Source: Candidatus Rokuibacteriota bacterium
Lineage (GTDB): Bacteria > Methylomirabilota > Methylomirabilia > Rokubacteriales > CSP1-6
Reading direction: 5' to 3'
Assembly: GCA_016184305.1 (NCBI GenBank)
Contig: JACPCX010000112.1
Coordinates: 1-40,869, forward strand
DNA length: 40,869 nt
Shown here: positions 18,141 through 27,078 of the stretch, one piece after another
Numbering within the stretch: the first letter of the stretch is position 1
Layout: every line of letters starts with the position of its first letter
Made by a program: the position numbers and the translations under genes
The notes under the pieces: model-generated
Seen by the model: the letters and a program-made list of their open reading frames with translations, nothing else
What the model was told of the DNA's origin: nothing
Database searches by the model: none

Positions 18141-19176
18141 ATGAGGCCGAGGATCACCACGCTCACCACGGTGCTGGCCGTCCTGCTTCTCGCCGCGCCG
18201 CTCGCTGCCGGAGCGCAGCAAACGGGGAAGGTGCCGAGGATCGGCATGCTCTTGCCCGGGGCCGCGCCGCCGCCGGGGCAGCCGAGCCCCTTGCTCGACG
18301 CCTTCCGCGGAGGGCTACGCGACCTCGGCTACGTTGAGGGACAGAACGTCGTCATCGAGTACCGGTGGTCCGAGGGGCGGGAGCAGCGTTTCCCCGATCT
18401 CGCCACCGACCTGGTCCGCCTCAATGTCGCAGTGATCGTCACCCAGGGTGCGCCCGCGGTCCTGGCGGCCAAGGGGGCGAGCAGTACGATCCCCATCGTC
18501 ATGGCATTTGTGGGGGATCCCGTCGGAATCGGGGTCGTGGCGAGCCTGGCCCGACCGGGCGCCAACGTCACGGGGCTGAGCCTCCTCGACGAGGCCCTGG
18601 ACGGCAAGCGGATCGAGTTGCTGAAGGAAGCCGTTCCGGGCCTCACGCGGGTCGCCATTCTCTGGAGCGCGAACGACCCGGGCATGACGCTGACGTTCAA
18701 TCGGGTGGAGGTGGCGGCTCGTCCCTTGGGGCTCTTCCTCCAGAGCCTGGCGGTGCGCGAGCCCGGCGATTTCCCGGGCGCCTTCCAGGCCGCCGGCGCC
18801 GGGCGAGCCAAAGCGCTCATCGTGACGGCCCAACCCTTCACGGTCCGCCACCGGGCCCAGATCCTGGACCTTGCGGCGAAGCACCGGCTGCCCGCGATGT
18901 ACACGCATCGGGGTTTCGTGGACGCGGGTGGCCTGATGGCGTATGCCCCGAGCCTGTCTGACCTGTTCCGCCGCGCCGCCACCTACGAGCCTGTCTGACC
19001 TGTTCCGCCGCGCCGCCACCTACGTGGATAAGGTCCTCCGCGGCGCCAAGCCCGCCGACCTGCCCGTCGAGCAACCGACCAAGTTTGAGTTCGCGATCAA
19101 CATGAAGACGGCGGGGGCGCTCGGCCTGACGATCCCGCCGTCGCTGCTCCTGCGGGCAGATCAGCTCGTCGAATGA
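18141..19176 (+). pseudogene. ABC_sub_bind-type substrate-binding protein frameshifted by a 37-bp tandem duplication
   Basis: ATG at 18141. GLRDLGYVEGQNVVIEYR, SLARPGANVTG, GGLMAY; the C-terminus [23 protein letters not shown]...LLRADQLVE lies in another frame. Confidence 0.88.
18950..19023 (+). repeat. Perfect 37-bp tandem duplication
   Basis: GAGCCTGTCTGACCTGTTCCGCCGCGCCGCCACCTAC at 18950-18986 and 18987-19023. Confidence 0.97.
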
Positions 19177-19306
19177 TCGAAACTCCGCGCGTTCTCCGAC
19201 TGGAGAGCCCCTGAACGTTCCATGCCAATGGGAACACCACGTCCACGGAGTCGAACAACCGCTTGGAGAGCCCGATGCAGCACTGGCTCGGTGTCGGCCC
19301 GTCGGG

Positions 19307-19379
19307 CGTCGACGTCCACGCTGCAGTGGACCGGCCGCTCGCGATGCTCGCGCCCGACCGCTGAGCGTGTGAGTTGGCC
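19307..19379 (+). other. Degenerate integron attC-like site
   Basis: CGCT[G]CAGTGG pairs with CCGCTGAGCG, leaving an extrahelical G. Inner palindrome present; ends in GTTGGCC. The R'' AAC has decayed to GAC. Confidence 0.55.
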
Positions 19380-19403
19380 GCGATGACGGCGCACAAGCTG
19401 GTG

Positions 19404-19432
19404 ATGACAAAAGGCACACGACGTAGTACACT
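19404..19432 (+). promoter_or_regulatory. Promoter of the toxin-antitoxin operon, likely giving a leaderless mRNA
   Basis: ATGACA-17 bp-TACACT, 6 nt before the GTG at 19439; no RBS. Confidence 0.65.
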
Positions 19433-19438
19433 CGCCAC

Positions 19439-19720
19439 GTGAGGAGGTTCCGCTGGAACCCCGAGAAGAACGAAGCACTGAAGGCAGAACGGGGAATCTC
19501 ATTTGAGCGGATCGTACTTGCCATCGGGGACGGCGATGTCTTGGATGTACTGCGGCATCCTCACGAGGGCCGGTACCCCGACCAGCTGATCTTGGTGGTG
19601 GCTGTCGAGGGCTACGCCTATCTGGTCCCGTACGTCGAGGAGCCGGACGGGTACTTTCTCAAAACGGTGATCCCGAGCCGGAAGGCCACGCGTGAGTACC
19701 TGAGCCACGGTGAAACATGA
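19439..19720 (+). CDS. BrnT-like type II toxin
   Basis: FRWNPEKNEALKAERGISFE...YAYLVPYVE...FLKTVIPSRKATREYL. Confidence 0.88.
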   Translation: MRRFRWNPEKNEALKAERGISFERIVLAIGDGDVLDVLRHPHEGRYPDQLILVVAVEGYAYLVPYVEEPDGYFLKTVIPSRKATREYLSHGET

Positions 19721-20043
19721 TGAAGAAGATTGATGCGTTCGAGAAGGACATCATCGGGGCCTACGAGAGTGGCGTCCTGCGGTCGACGATGCCGTCGAAA
19801 TCGGAACTGAGGGCACTTCGCGAGGCGGCGCGGGCGACCTCGATCAAGGATCGGCGCGTCAATATCAGACTCTCGTCGCCCGATCTGAGAGATCTGCGAG
19901 CCCGCGCTCTCGAGGAAGGCGTGCCCTATCAGACCTTGATCGCGAGCGTACTGCACAAGTTCGTTGCCCGCCGCCTCGTCGAGAGACCCGCGCGTCTAAC
20001 TCCTCGCTCAACCCGGACGGCCCGCAAGCGGGCCGCCGGGTAG
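19717..20043 (+). CDS. BrnA/CopG-like antitoxin
   Basis: KDRRVNIRLSSPDL...ALEEGVPYQTLIASVLHKF; ATGA overlap with the toxin; the tail reads through the attC-like site. Confidence 0.88.
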   Translation: MMKKIDAFEKDIIGAYESGVLRSTMPSKSELRALREAARATSIKDRRVNIRLSSPDLRDLRARALEEGVPYQTLIASVLHKFVARRLVERPARLTPRSTRTARKRAAG

Positions 20044-20058
20044 CGCTACGCTCAAGAC
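19994..20058 (+). other. Integron attC-like site with a degenerate R' end
   Basis: GTCTAAC fits RYYYAAC. CGCTCAACCCGG and CCGGGTAGCG arms enclose a perfect CGGCCCGC-AA-GCGGGCCG hairpin. The terminal GTT is not intact. Confidence 0.65.
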
Positions 20059-20062
20059 CTCC

Positions 20063-20252
20063 CTGCACGCCCGGCCGCCGCGCGTGCTGTGTGCCGAGCA
20101 CGGGGGTGCGGCAGGCGCGCTTGCCGTGGGCCGAGGCGCGGGCGCGCTTCACGACGCGGTTCGAGCGGTTGGCGATCGAATGGGACACACCGAACGTCCT
20201 GAGCTTCTTCACTCATCGGGTGACCCACGCCGTCAGTGAGGGCCTCAACTCC
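20063..20252 (+). mobile_element. ISL3-family transposase relic (internally deleted)
   Basis: The N-terminal piece LHARPPRVLCAEHG/VRQARLPWAEARARFTTRFERLAIEW is joined directly to the C-terminal piece [20 protein letters not shown]. Confidence 0.75.
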
Positions 20253-20386
20253 AATGCCGGATGACCCAGTTGAATGAGGGCACGACCGGGAGCGCCGTCC
20301 CGCCCTCGGCCCCGGCCGGCGCGCATGGTAGGATGACGTGCCGCGCGCGAGCGGGTGGCTGCGGCGCCCAGAGAGAGGAGCCTCCC

Positions 20387-20839
20387 ATGGCCGGAAAGCT
20401 GTTCGAGGAGCTGACGCCGGGCCAGGTGTTCCAGCACCAGCCGGGGCGCACCATCACCGAGGCGGACAATGTCTGGTTCTCCTGCATGACCATGAACCCG
20501 CAGCCGCTCCACGTCGACTTCCACGCGGCCCAGAAGGCGGAGTTCGGCAAGCCGCTGGTGAACAGCCTGCTCACCCTCGGCATCGCGGTCGGTCTGAGCG
20601 TGGGGGAGACGACGCTGGGGACCACGGTGGGCAACCTCGGCTTCGAGAAGGTGGAGTTCCCGAAGCCGGTCTTCCACGGCGACACGATCTACTCGGAGAC
20701 CGAGGTCGTCGAGAAGCGGGAGTCGAAATCGCGGCCGCAGTGGGGCATCGTGATCTTCGAGCACCGGGCGCGGAACCAGCACGGCGACCTCGTCATGCGC
20801 TGCCGGCGCGCCGCCATGATGCGGCGCCGGGCGGGCTAG
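20387..20839 (+). CDS. MaoC-family (R)-specific enoyl-CoA hydratase/dehydratase
   Basis: ATG at 20387 after [31 protein letters not shown] and PVFHGDTI motifs. Confidence 0.93.
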   Translation: MAGKLFEELTPGQVFQHQPGRTITEADNVWFSCMTMNPQPLHVDFHAAQKAEFGKPLVNSLLTLGIAVGLSVGETTLGTTVGNLGFEKVEFPKPVFHGDTIYSETEVVEKRESKSRPQWGIVIFEHRARNQHGDLVMRCRRAAMMRRRAG

Positions 20840-20842
20840 CCC

Positions 20843-21727
20843 ATGCGCCGCTCGCTCCACTTCGTGCCCGGCGGCAACGAGAAGATGATGCAGAAATCGC
20901 TCACGCTGCCGGCCGACGGCCTCATCCTCGATCTCGAGGACTCCGTGCCGCCGGAGCTCAAGGCGGCCACGCGCCCCATCGTGCGGCGCTGGCTCGAGAC
21001 GCTCGACTTCGGCGGCCGGGAGCGCTGGGTCAGGATGAACCCGATCTTCTCCGAGTACGCCGAGGGCGATCTCGAGGCGACCATTGTCGGGCGCCCCGAC
21101 GGCTACATGGTCCCCAAGCCGAACACGGCCGGTGACGTCCGCAAGGTCGCGGCGATCCTCGACCGCCTCGAGCAGCGGCACGGCATCCCGTTCGGGTCCA
21201 CCCGGCTCCTCCTGATCGCCACGGAGACGCCCGAGGGGTTGCTGAACATCAAGGAGACCGCCGCCGCCAGCCCTCGCGTCGCCGCCATCTCGTGGGGCAT
21301 CGAGGACCTCTCCGCTGCCATGGGGCTGCCCCGGACCCGGGACGCGGCGGGGCGCTTCCTCGACATCCCCCGGTACGCCCGCGTCATGTGCGCCGTGGCC
21401 GCCTCGGCGGCCGGCGTGGACGCTCTCGACACGGTCTACACCGATTTCCACGACCTCGAGGGGCTGCGCCGCGAGTGCCGGGAAGCGGTCTGGATGGGCT
21501 TCGCCGGGAAGACCTCGATCCATCCCGGGCAGATCGAGGTGATCAACGAGGTGTTCACCCCGTCCCGCGAGGAGGCCGAGGAGGCCGAGGCGCTCATCGC
21601 CGCCTTCGAGGAGCACGCGCGACGGGGCGCGGGCGCCTTCGCCTGGAAGGGCCAGATGATGGACATGCCGCACCTGACCCGCGCCCGGAAGATCGCCGAG
21701 CGCGCCCGCCACGCCGGGATCGCGTGA
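20843..21727 (+). CDS. CitE/malyl-CoA-lyase family CoA-ester lyase
   Basis: RRSLHFVPG, ILDLEDSVP, WVRMN, ETPEG, WGIEDL, GKTSIHPGQI, GQMMDMPH. Confidence 0.93.
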   Translation: MRRSLHFVPGGNEKMMQKSLTLPADGLILDLEDSVPPELKAATRPIVRRWLETLDFGGRERWVRMNPIFSEYAEGDLEATIVGRPDGYMVPKPNTAGDVRKVAAILDRLEQRHGIPFGSTRLLLIATETPEGLLNIKETAAASPRVAAISWGIEDLSAAMGLPRTRDAAGRFLDIPRYARVMCAVAASAAGVDALDTVYTDFHDLEGLRRECREAVWMGFAGKTSIHPGQIEVINEVFTPSREEAEEAEALIAAFEEHARRGAGAFAWKGQMMDMPHLTRARKIAERARHAGIA

Positions 21728-21740
21728 CGGCCCGTGAACC

Positions 21741-21769
21741 TTGACAGCCTGCGCCGGGTTTGGTAGATA
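21741..21769 (+). promoter_or_regulatory. Putative sigma70 promoter of the second Liv operon
   Basis: TTGACA-17 bp-TAGATA with an upstream TG. Confidence 0.5.
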
Positions 21770-21827
21770 GAAGGCCCACTTCTCGCGTGCCGCCGTCCGC
21801 AGCGGTCCGCCCTCAAGGAGGACGATT

Positions 21828-23009
21828 ATGACGATCAAGCCCTGGAGACTTCCGGCCACCCTCGCTGTCGCCGCGGTATTGTGCGGCGCCCTCCCGGCCC
21901 TGGCCCAGGCGCCCATCAGAATCGGCGCCTCGCTGTCCTTGACGGGCACCTACGCCAAGCTCGGGAGCTACCAGAAGGAGGGGTACGATCTCTGCGCCGA
22001 GGACCTCAACCGGAAGGGCGGGATCCTGGGGCGGAAGGTGGAGTTCACCGTGTACGACGACCAGTCCACGCCGGCCACCGGGGTGCGCCTCTACGAGAAG
22101 CTCATCACCGAGGACAAGGTGGACGCGGTGATGGGGCCCTACTCCTCGCCCATCACCGAGGCCGTGGCCAACGTCACCGAGAAGTACAAGAAGGTCATGG
22201 TCTCGCCGCTGGCCGCCACCACCTCCATCTTCAAGAAGGGGCGGAAGTACATCTTCATGGTGATCTCCCCTGCCGAGGTGTATCTCGAGGGGCTGATCGA
22301 CACGGCGGCCAAGCGCGGGCTCAAGACCGTGGCCATCATCAACGAGGACACCCTCTTCACCAAGTCCGCGGCCATCGGGACCGCCGAGCTGGCCAGGAAG
22401 CAGGGCATGCAGGTGGTGTTCCAGGAGGCGTATCCCAAGGGGCACACCGACTTCTCGGCGCTCCTCACCAAGATCAAGGCGGTGAACCCCGACGTGATCG
22501 CGGCCGCCACGTACTTCGACGACGCGGTGGCCATCACCCGGCAGATGAAGGAATTGAACGTCAACCCGAAGATGCTCGGCGTCACCGTCGGAGGGGATCT
22601 GCCCGAGTTCTACGACCTGCTCAAGCAGAATGCCGAGTACATCTACGGCGCCACCCAGTGGGAGGGGGCCCTGCCGTACCCGGGCCAGCGGGAGTTCCTG
22701 GAGGGGTACAAGCGCAAGTTCAATCGGGAGCCGGTCTATCACTCCGCGTCTGGCTACGCGGGCTGCCTGATCTATGCCGAGGGAGTGAAGCGGGCCGGCA
22801 CGCTGGACGCCGACAAGGTGCGGGAGCAATTGCTCAAGCTGGAGATCAAGACGGCCTTCGGCGAGTACAAGGTGGATCAGGACGGCTTCCAGATCGCGCA
22901 CAAGATGGTCATCCTCCAGTGGCAGGACGGCAAGAAGGTCACCGTGTGGCCGGACGAGCTGGCCAGCGGGAAGGTGCGCTTCCCCACGCCGGCGTGGAAC
23001 CAGCGGTAG
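21828..23009 (+). CDS. Liv-type amino acid ABC substrate-binding protein
   Basis: Signal peptide; IRIGASLSLTG, GGILGRKVE, YDDQS, MGPYSS; AGGAGG RBS. Confidence 0.94.
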   Translation: MTIKPWRLPATLAVAAVLCGALPALAQAPIRIGASLSLTGTYAKLGSYQKEGYDLCAEDLNRKGGILGRKVEFTVYDDQSTPATGVRLYEKLITEDKVDAVMGPYSSPITEAVANVTEKYKKVMVSPLAATTSIFKKGRKYIFMVISPAEVYLEGLIDTAAKRGLKTVAIINEDTLFTKSAAIGTAELARKQGMQVVFQEAYPKGHTDFSALLTKIKAVNPDVIAAATYFDDAVAITRQMKELNVNPKMLGVTVGGDLPEFYDLLKQNAEYIYGATQWEGALPYPGQREFLEGYKRKFNREPVYHSASGYAGCLIYAEGVKRAGTLDADKVREQLLKLEIKTAFGEYKVDQDGFQIAHKMVILQWQDGKKVTVWPDELASGKVRFPTPAWNQR

Positions 23010-23039
23010 CCGGGTGAGCCTCTGACGCGCGCGGCAGGA

Positions 23040-23067
23040 CGCGCCCGCCGCGGACCCGGCGGGCGCG
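23040..23067. repeat. 11-bp GC hairpin after the substrate-binding protein gene
   Basis: CGCGCCCGCCG-6 nt-CGGCGGGCGCG. Confidence 0.6.
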
Positions 23068-23086
23068 GGTGCGTTCCGGGGAGCCG

Positions 23087-23965
23087 ATGAACCCGTTCAT
23101 CACGCCGACCATGCTGGGACAGGTGATCATCTCCGGCCTCCTGGCGGGGTCCCTCTATGCCATGGTGGCCCTCGGGCTCGGGCTCATCTTCGGCGTCATG
23201 CGCGTCCTCAACATCGCGCACGGCCCGCTGCTGATGCTCGGAGCCTACGTGACCTTCTGGCTCTTCAGCACCGTGGGGCTCAACCCCTATCTCTCGCTGC
23301 TGGTCTCCATGCCGCTCCTGTACCTCCTGGGCATGCTCCTCCAGCGCTTCCTCGTGCGGCGCGTGGTGGACGCCCCGGAGCTGTCCTCGCTGCTCCTGAC
23401 CTTTGGCGTGTCCATCGCGCTCGTCAACGTGGCGCAGCTCGCCTTCACCTCCGACCTCCGGGCGGTCGAGTACCTCACGGGCTCCTTCGTCCTGGGCCCC
23501 TTCGCCTTCTCCAAGTCGCGCGTGGTCGCCTGCGCCATCGCGATCGCCATCACGGGCGCCGCCTTCGTCTTCCTGCAGAAGACGCGGCTCGGCAAGGCCA
23601 TCCGCGCCGTCTCCCAGAGCCGGGAGGTGGCCCAGGTGTGCGGCATCAACGTCGGGCGCATCCACATGATCGCCTTCGGGCTGGCCTCGGCGCTGGCGGC
23701 CGCGGGCGGCTCGCTCGTGGCGGTGATGGTGGCGATTCAGCCCGAGATGGGGCAGGTCTACACCTTCAAGTCCTTCCTGGTGATCGTGCTGGGCGGGGCC
23801 GGGAACTACCCGGGCGCCTTGCTCGGCGGGCTCCTGCTGGGGCTCATCGAGCAGGTCTCCTCGCTCTTCCTCACGACCCAGGTCAACGAGGCGGTCGCCT
23901 ACATCCTCCTGGTCCTCGTGCTGCTCGTGCGCCCGACGGGTCTCCTCGGTGGGCGCGCCTCGTGA
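23087..23965 (+). CDS. livH: ABC permease (LivH-like)
   Basis: YAMVALGLGLIFGVMRVLNIAHG and LVRPTGLLG motifs; ATG at 23087. Confidence 0.93.
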   Translation: MNPFITPTMLGQVIISGLLAGSLYAMVALGLGLIFGVMRVLNIAHGPLLMLGAYVTFWLFSTVGLNPYLSLLVSMPLLYLLGMLLQRFLVRRVVDAPELSSLLLTFGVSIALVNVAQLAFTSDLRAVEYLTGSFVLGPFAFSKSRVVACAIAIAITGAAFVFLQKTRLGKAIRAVSQSREVAQVCGINVGRIHMIAFGLASALAAAGGSLVAVMVAIQPEMGQVYTFKSFLVIVLGGAGNYPGALLGGLLLGLIEQVSSLFLTTQVNEAVAYILLVLVLLVRPTGLLGGRAS

Positions 23966-24885
23966 GGCGGTTGGGCCTGGCCGCTCTCGCCGCCCTTGCC
24001 GTCGTCGCGCTCGCGCTCTACCCGCTCGAGGGGACCGGCTATGGCGTCCGCGTCATGCTGCAGCTCTTCATGTGGATCGCGCTGGCGCAGTCGTGGAACC
24101 TGATCTCGGGGCTCACGGGCTACGTCTCCTTCGGGCACGTGGCGTTCTACGGGATGGGGGCCTACAGCACGGCCATCGTCATCGTCCGGCTCGGCTGGCC
24201 GTGGCTGCCGGCCGCGCTCCTGGGCGGCGCCATGGCCATGGTGCTCGCGCTCGTGATCGGCTGGCCGTGTCTCCGGCTGAAGGGCCCGTACTTCGCCATC
24301 GCCATGCTGGGGCTCAACGAGGTGCTGCGCGTGGCGGCCTCCTACTTCGAGGGGCTCACGGGCGGCGGGCTCGGGCTCTCGCTGCCGACGCTGCACGCCA
24401 GCGTGCCGATCTACTACGCCATGGGGCTCACGGCCGCGGGCGTGACGCTCCTCACCTACGTGATCCTGACCTCCCGCTTCGGGCTGCGCCTCATGACGAT
24501 CCGCGAGGACGAGGTGGCGGCCGAGGCCATGGGCATCGACACCCACCGCTACAAGCTCTACGCCTTCCTGCTCTCCGCGGTGGCGCCGGGCATCGTCGGC
24601 GGGCTGTCGGCCCGGGACCAGGGGTACATCGAGCCCATCAGCGTCTTCCCGCTGCTGATGACCATCACGATGATCGTGATGGTGCTCTTCGGCGGCAAGG
24701 GGACGATCTGGGGGCCGGTGCTGGGCGCGGTGCTCCTCTTCACGTTCCAGGAGCTCGTCTGGGCGCGATTCATCTACCTCCACCAGCTCCTCTTCGGCGC
24801 CATCATCGTCACCGTGGTGCTCCTGATGCCGCGCGGGATCCTCGGCGTCTTGCAGCGGAAGTACAACCTCCCGCGGACGATCTAG
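23962..24885 (+). CDS. livM: ABC permease (LivM-like)
   Basis: GTG at 23962 overlaps the livH stop. WNLISGLTGYVSFGH, IREDEVAAEAMG, GGKGTIWGP. Confidence 0.92.
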   Translation: MRRLGLAALAALAVVALALYPLEGTGYGVRVMLQLFMWIALAQSWNLISGLTGYVSFGHVAFYGMGAYSTAIVIVRLGWPWLPAALLGGAMAMVLALVIGWPCLRLKGPYFAIAMLGLNEVLRVAASYFEGLTGGGLGLSLPTLHASVPIYYAMGLTAAGVTLLTYVILTSRFGLRLMTIREDEVAAEAMGIDTHRYKLYAFLLSAVAPGIVGGLSARDQGYIEPISVFPLLMTITMIVMVLFGGKGTIWGPVLGAVLLFTFQELVWARFIYLHQLLFGAIIVTVVLLMPRGILGVLQRKYNLPRTI

Positions 24886-25589
24886 TGCCCCCGATCCTCG
24901 AGGTCACCAACCTCACCAAGCGCTTCGGTGGCGTCACGGCCGTGAACCGCGTCTCCCTCTCGCTCGAGCCGGGCCGGATCTACGGGCTCATCGGTCCCAA
25001 CGGCTCCGGCAAGACGACGCTCTTCAACTGCATCACGGGTCTGGAGAAACGGGATGCCGGCGAGGTCCGCTTCAAGCGGCGGCGCATCGACGGCCTCAAG
25101 CCGCATCAGGTCTTCCACCACGGCATCGGGCGCACCTTCCAGGTCATCCGGGTCTTCCCGGAGCTGACGGCGCTGGAGAACCTCATGGTGGTCACCACCG
25201 GCGACCACGCCCGCGCGTCCCGGCGCGCCGGGGAGCTCCTGCGCTTCGTGAAGATCGAGTCCCTCGCCGGGGAGTACGCGGGCAACCTCTCCTACGGCCA
25301 GCAGAAGCTCCTGGAGTTCATCCGCGTGCTGATGACGGACCCCGAGCTGATCCTGCTGGACGAGCCGGCGGCGGGCGTGAACCGCACGCTGCTCAACGAA
25401 TTGCTGGACGCCGTCCGGGCGCTCCGCGACCGCGGCAAGACCATCCTGCTGGTGGAGCACGACATGAAGGTGGTCATGGGACTCTGCGAGACGGTGTTCG
25501 TCCTCGATCATGGCGAGAAGCTGGCTGAAGGCCCCCCGGGCGTCATCCAGTCCGACGAGCGGGTCATTGAAGCCTATTTCGGTCGCTAG
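24885..25589 (+). CDS. livG: ABC ATPase (LivG-like)
   Basis: GTG at 24885. KRFGGVTAV, GPNGSGKTT, LSYGQQK, LDEPAAG, VEHDM, EAYFG. Confidence 0.93.
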   Translation: MPPILEVTNLTKRFGGVTAVNRVSLSLEPGRIYGLIGPNGSGKTTLFNCITGLEKRDAGEVRFKRRRIDGLKPHQVFHHGIGRTFQVIRVFPELTALENLMVVTTGDHARASRRAGELLRFVKIESLAGEYAGNLSYGQQKLLEFIRVLMTDPELILLDEPAAGVNRTLLNELLDAVRALRDRGKTILLVEHDMKVVMGLCETVFVLDHGEKLAEGPPGVIQSDERVIEAYFGR

Positions 25590-27078
25590 CGCGCTGAGCG
25601 TCGCCTACCTGGGCTGGCGGTCGCTGGGCTGGCCGCTGATCCACGACGCGCCGCTGTTCCACTACATCGGCTGGCTGCTGGCCGAGGGCGCCGTGCCGTA
25701 CCGCGACGTCTTCGACGTGAACATGCCTGGCGTCTACCTCCTGCACTGGGCGCTGGTGGCGACCGTGGGGCCGGGCGACGTGGTGTGGCGCCTCTTCGAT
25801 CTCGGCTGGCTCGCGCTGACGAGCGGGCTCCTCGTCGCCTACGCGACCCCCCTCGGCGGGCGCCGGGCCGCCGTCGCGGCCGGACTCGTTTTCGCCCTCC
25901 TCCACCTGGCGGGCGGGGCCTGGCGCGCCGGCCAGCGCGACTTCCTTCTCTGCGTCCTCCTGCTATCGGGGGCATGGGGCGTGGCCCGATCCTGGGAGCG
26001 CCGCGGCGCGCTCCCGCCGCTCGGGTGGAGCGGGCTCGCCCTCGGCGCGGGCATGATGATCAAGCCCCTCGCGGGGTTGTTCTGGCTCGGGTGCGCGGCG
26101 GCGGGCGCCCTGGGGGCGCGGCGGGCCGCGCGGGCGCCCCTGGCGGGAGCGGCCGCGGTTCTCTGTGGAGGGCTCGTCGTGCCGGCGGCCGTGCTGGGAT
26201 GGCTCGGCTGGCGCGGCGGGCTCGGGCCGTTCGTGGCGGTGCTCGGCGGCTACGTCCTGCCGTTCTACGGCCACGTGGGCCGGGTGTCCATCTGGGAGGC
26301 CATCGGCGGACATCGCTACGGCTGGCCCGTTCTCGGCCTCCTCGGGGCCCTCGGCATCGCGGGGCTCATCGCAGGGGTCCGGTCCGACTTCGAGATCCGA
26401 CGAGCCCTGGCGGCGATGGGAGTGGTCTACGGTGTCGCGCACCTGGCGGTCCAGGGAAAGGGGTGGGAGTACCACCAGTATCCGCTCATGTTCTTCCTCT
26501 CCGTGCTGGCGGCGGCGGCTCTCGGGTCGGCGGCGTTCACGGGGTGGCGGTGGTCCCGCGCCATGCCCGCGCTCGGCCGGGTGGCCGTTCTCGGGCTCCT
26601 CGCCGCCCTCGTGGTCGTGCTGGACGCCAAGGGGCTCGACGCCATGGACCCGCGGTGGATCGGCGAGAAGGAGCGGCGCGTGTCGGCCGTGGTGCGCGAC
26701 CTCGGGCCGATCCTGCGTGATCCGCGCGCCGGCGCCGCGACGGGGCGCCCCGTCACCGTCCAGGTGATGGATCTCACCGAGGGCGGCATCCATGCCCTCC
26801 TGAGGCTCGGGGTGAGGCAGCCGACCCGCTTCATCTACGACTTCCACTTCTCCCACGACGCGACCGACCCGCGTATCCGGGCGCTGCGCGCGGAGTTCGT
26901 CGCCGGGCTCGAGGCCGCCCCTCCGGCCGCCATCGTCGTCTTCCCGTATGTCTGGATCACGACGGGCTACGAGCGTCTGGCCGCGCTGCCCGAGATCCAC
27001 GCGCTGCTGGAGCGCGCCTATGCGCTGGCGGTGGAGGGGGACGGCTACCGCATCTATGCGAAGCGCGCCGATTCTTAG
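25567..27078 (+). CDS. Polytopic membrane protein, GT-C (ArnT/PMT-like) glycosyltransferase fold
   Basis: HDAPLFHYIGW...GAVPYRDVFDVNMPG, QRD, MIKP, YHQYP and many TM segments. The start is uncertain (TTG at 25567, or ATG at 25510). Confidence 0.7.
   Translation: MKPISVASALSVAYLGWRSLGWPLIHDAPLFHYIGWLLAEGAVPYRDVFDVNMPGVYLLHWALVATVGPGDVVWRLFDLGWLALTSGLLVAYATPLGGRRAAVAAGLVFALLHLAGGAWRAGQRDFLLCVLLLSGAWGVARSWERRGALPPLGWSGLALGAGMMIKPLAGLFWLGCAAAGALGARRAARAPLAGAAAVLCGGLVVPAAVLGWLGWRGGLGPFVAVLGGYVLPFYGHVGRVSIWEAIGGHRYGWPVLGLLGALGIAGLIAGVRSDFEIRRALAAMGVVYGVAHLAVQGKGWEYHQYPLMFFLSVLAAAALGSAAFTGWRWSRAMPALGRVAVLGLLAALVVVLDAKGLDAMDPRWIGEKERRVSAVVRDLGPILRDPRAGAATGRPVTVQVMDLTEGGIHALLRLGVRQPTRFIYDFHFSHDATDPRIRALRAEFVAGLEAAPPAAIVVFPYVWITTGYERLAALPEIHALLERAYALAVEGDGYRIYAKRADS

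Noticed and set aside
18950..19023. CRISPR array
   Set aside because: Two adjacent 37-mers with no spacer, inside a coding sequence; no cas genes. The 8628-8706 repeat is also too short and has only two copies.
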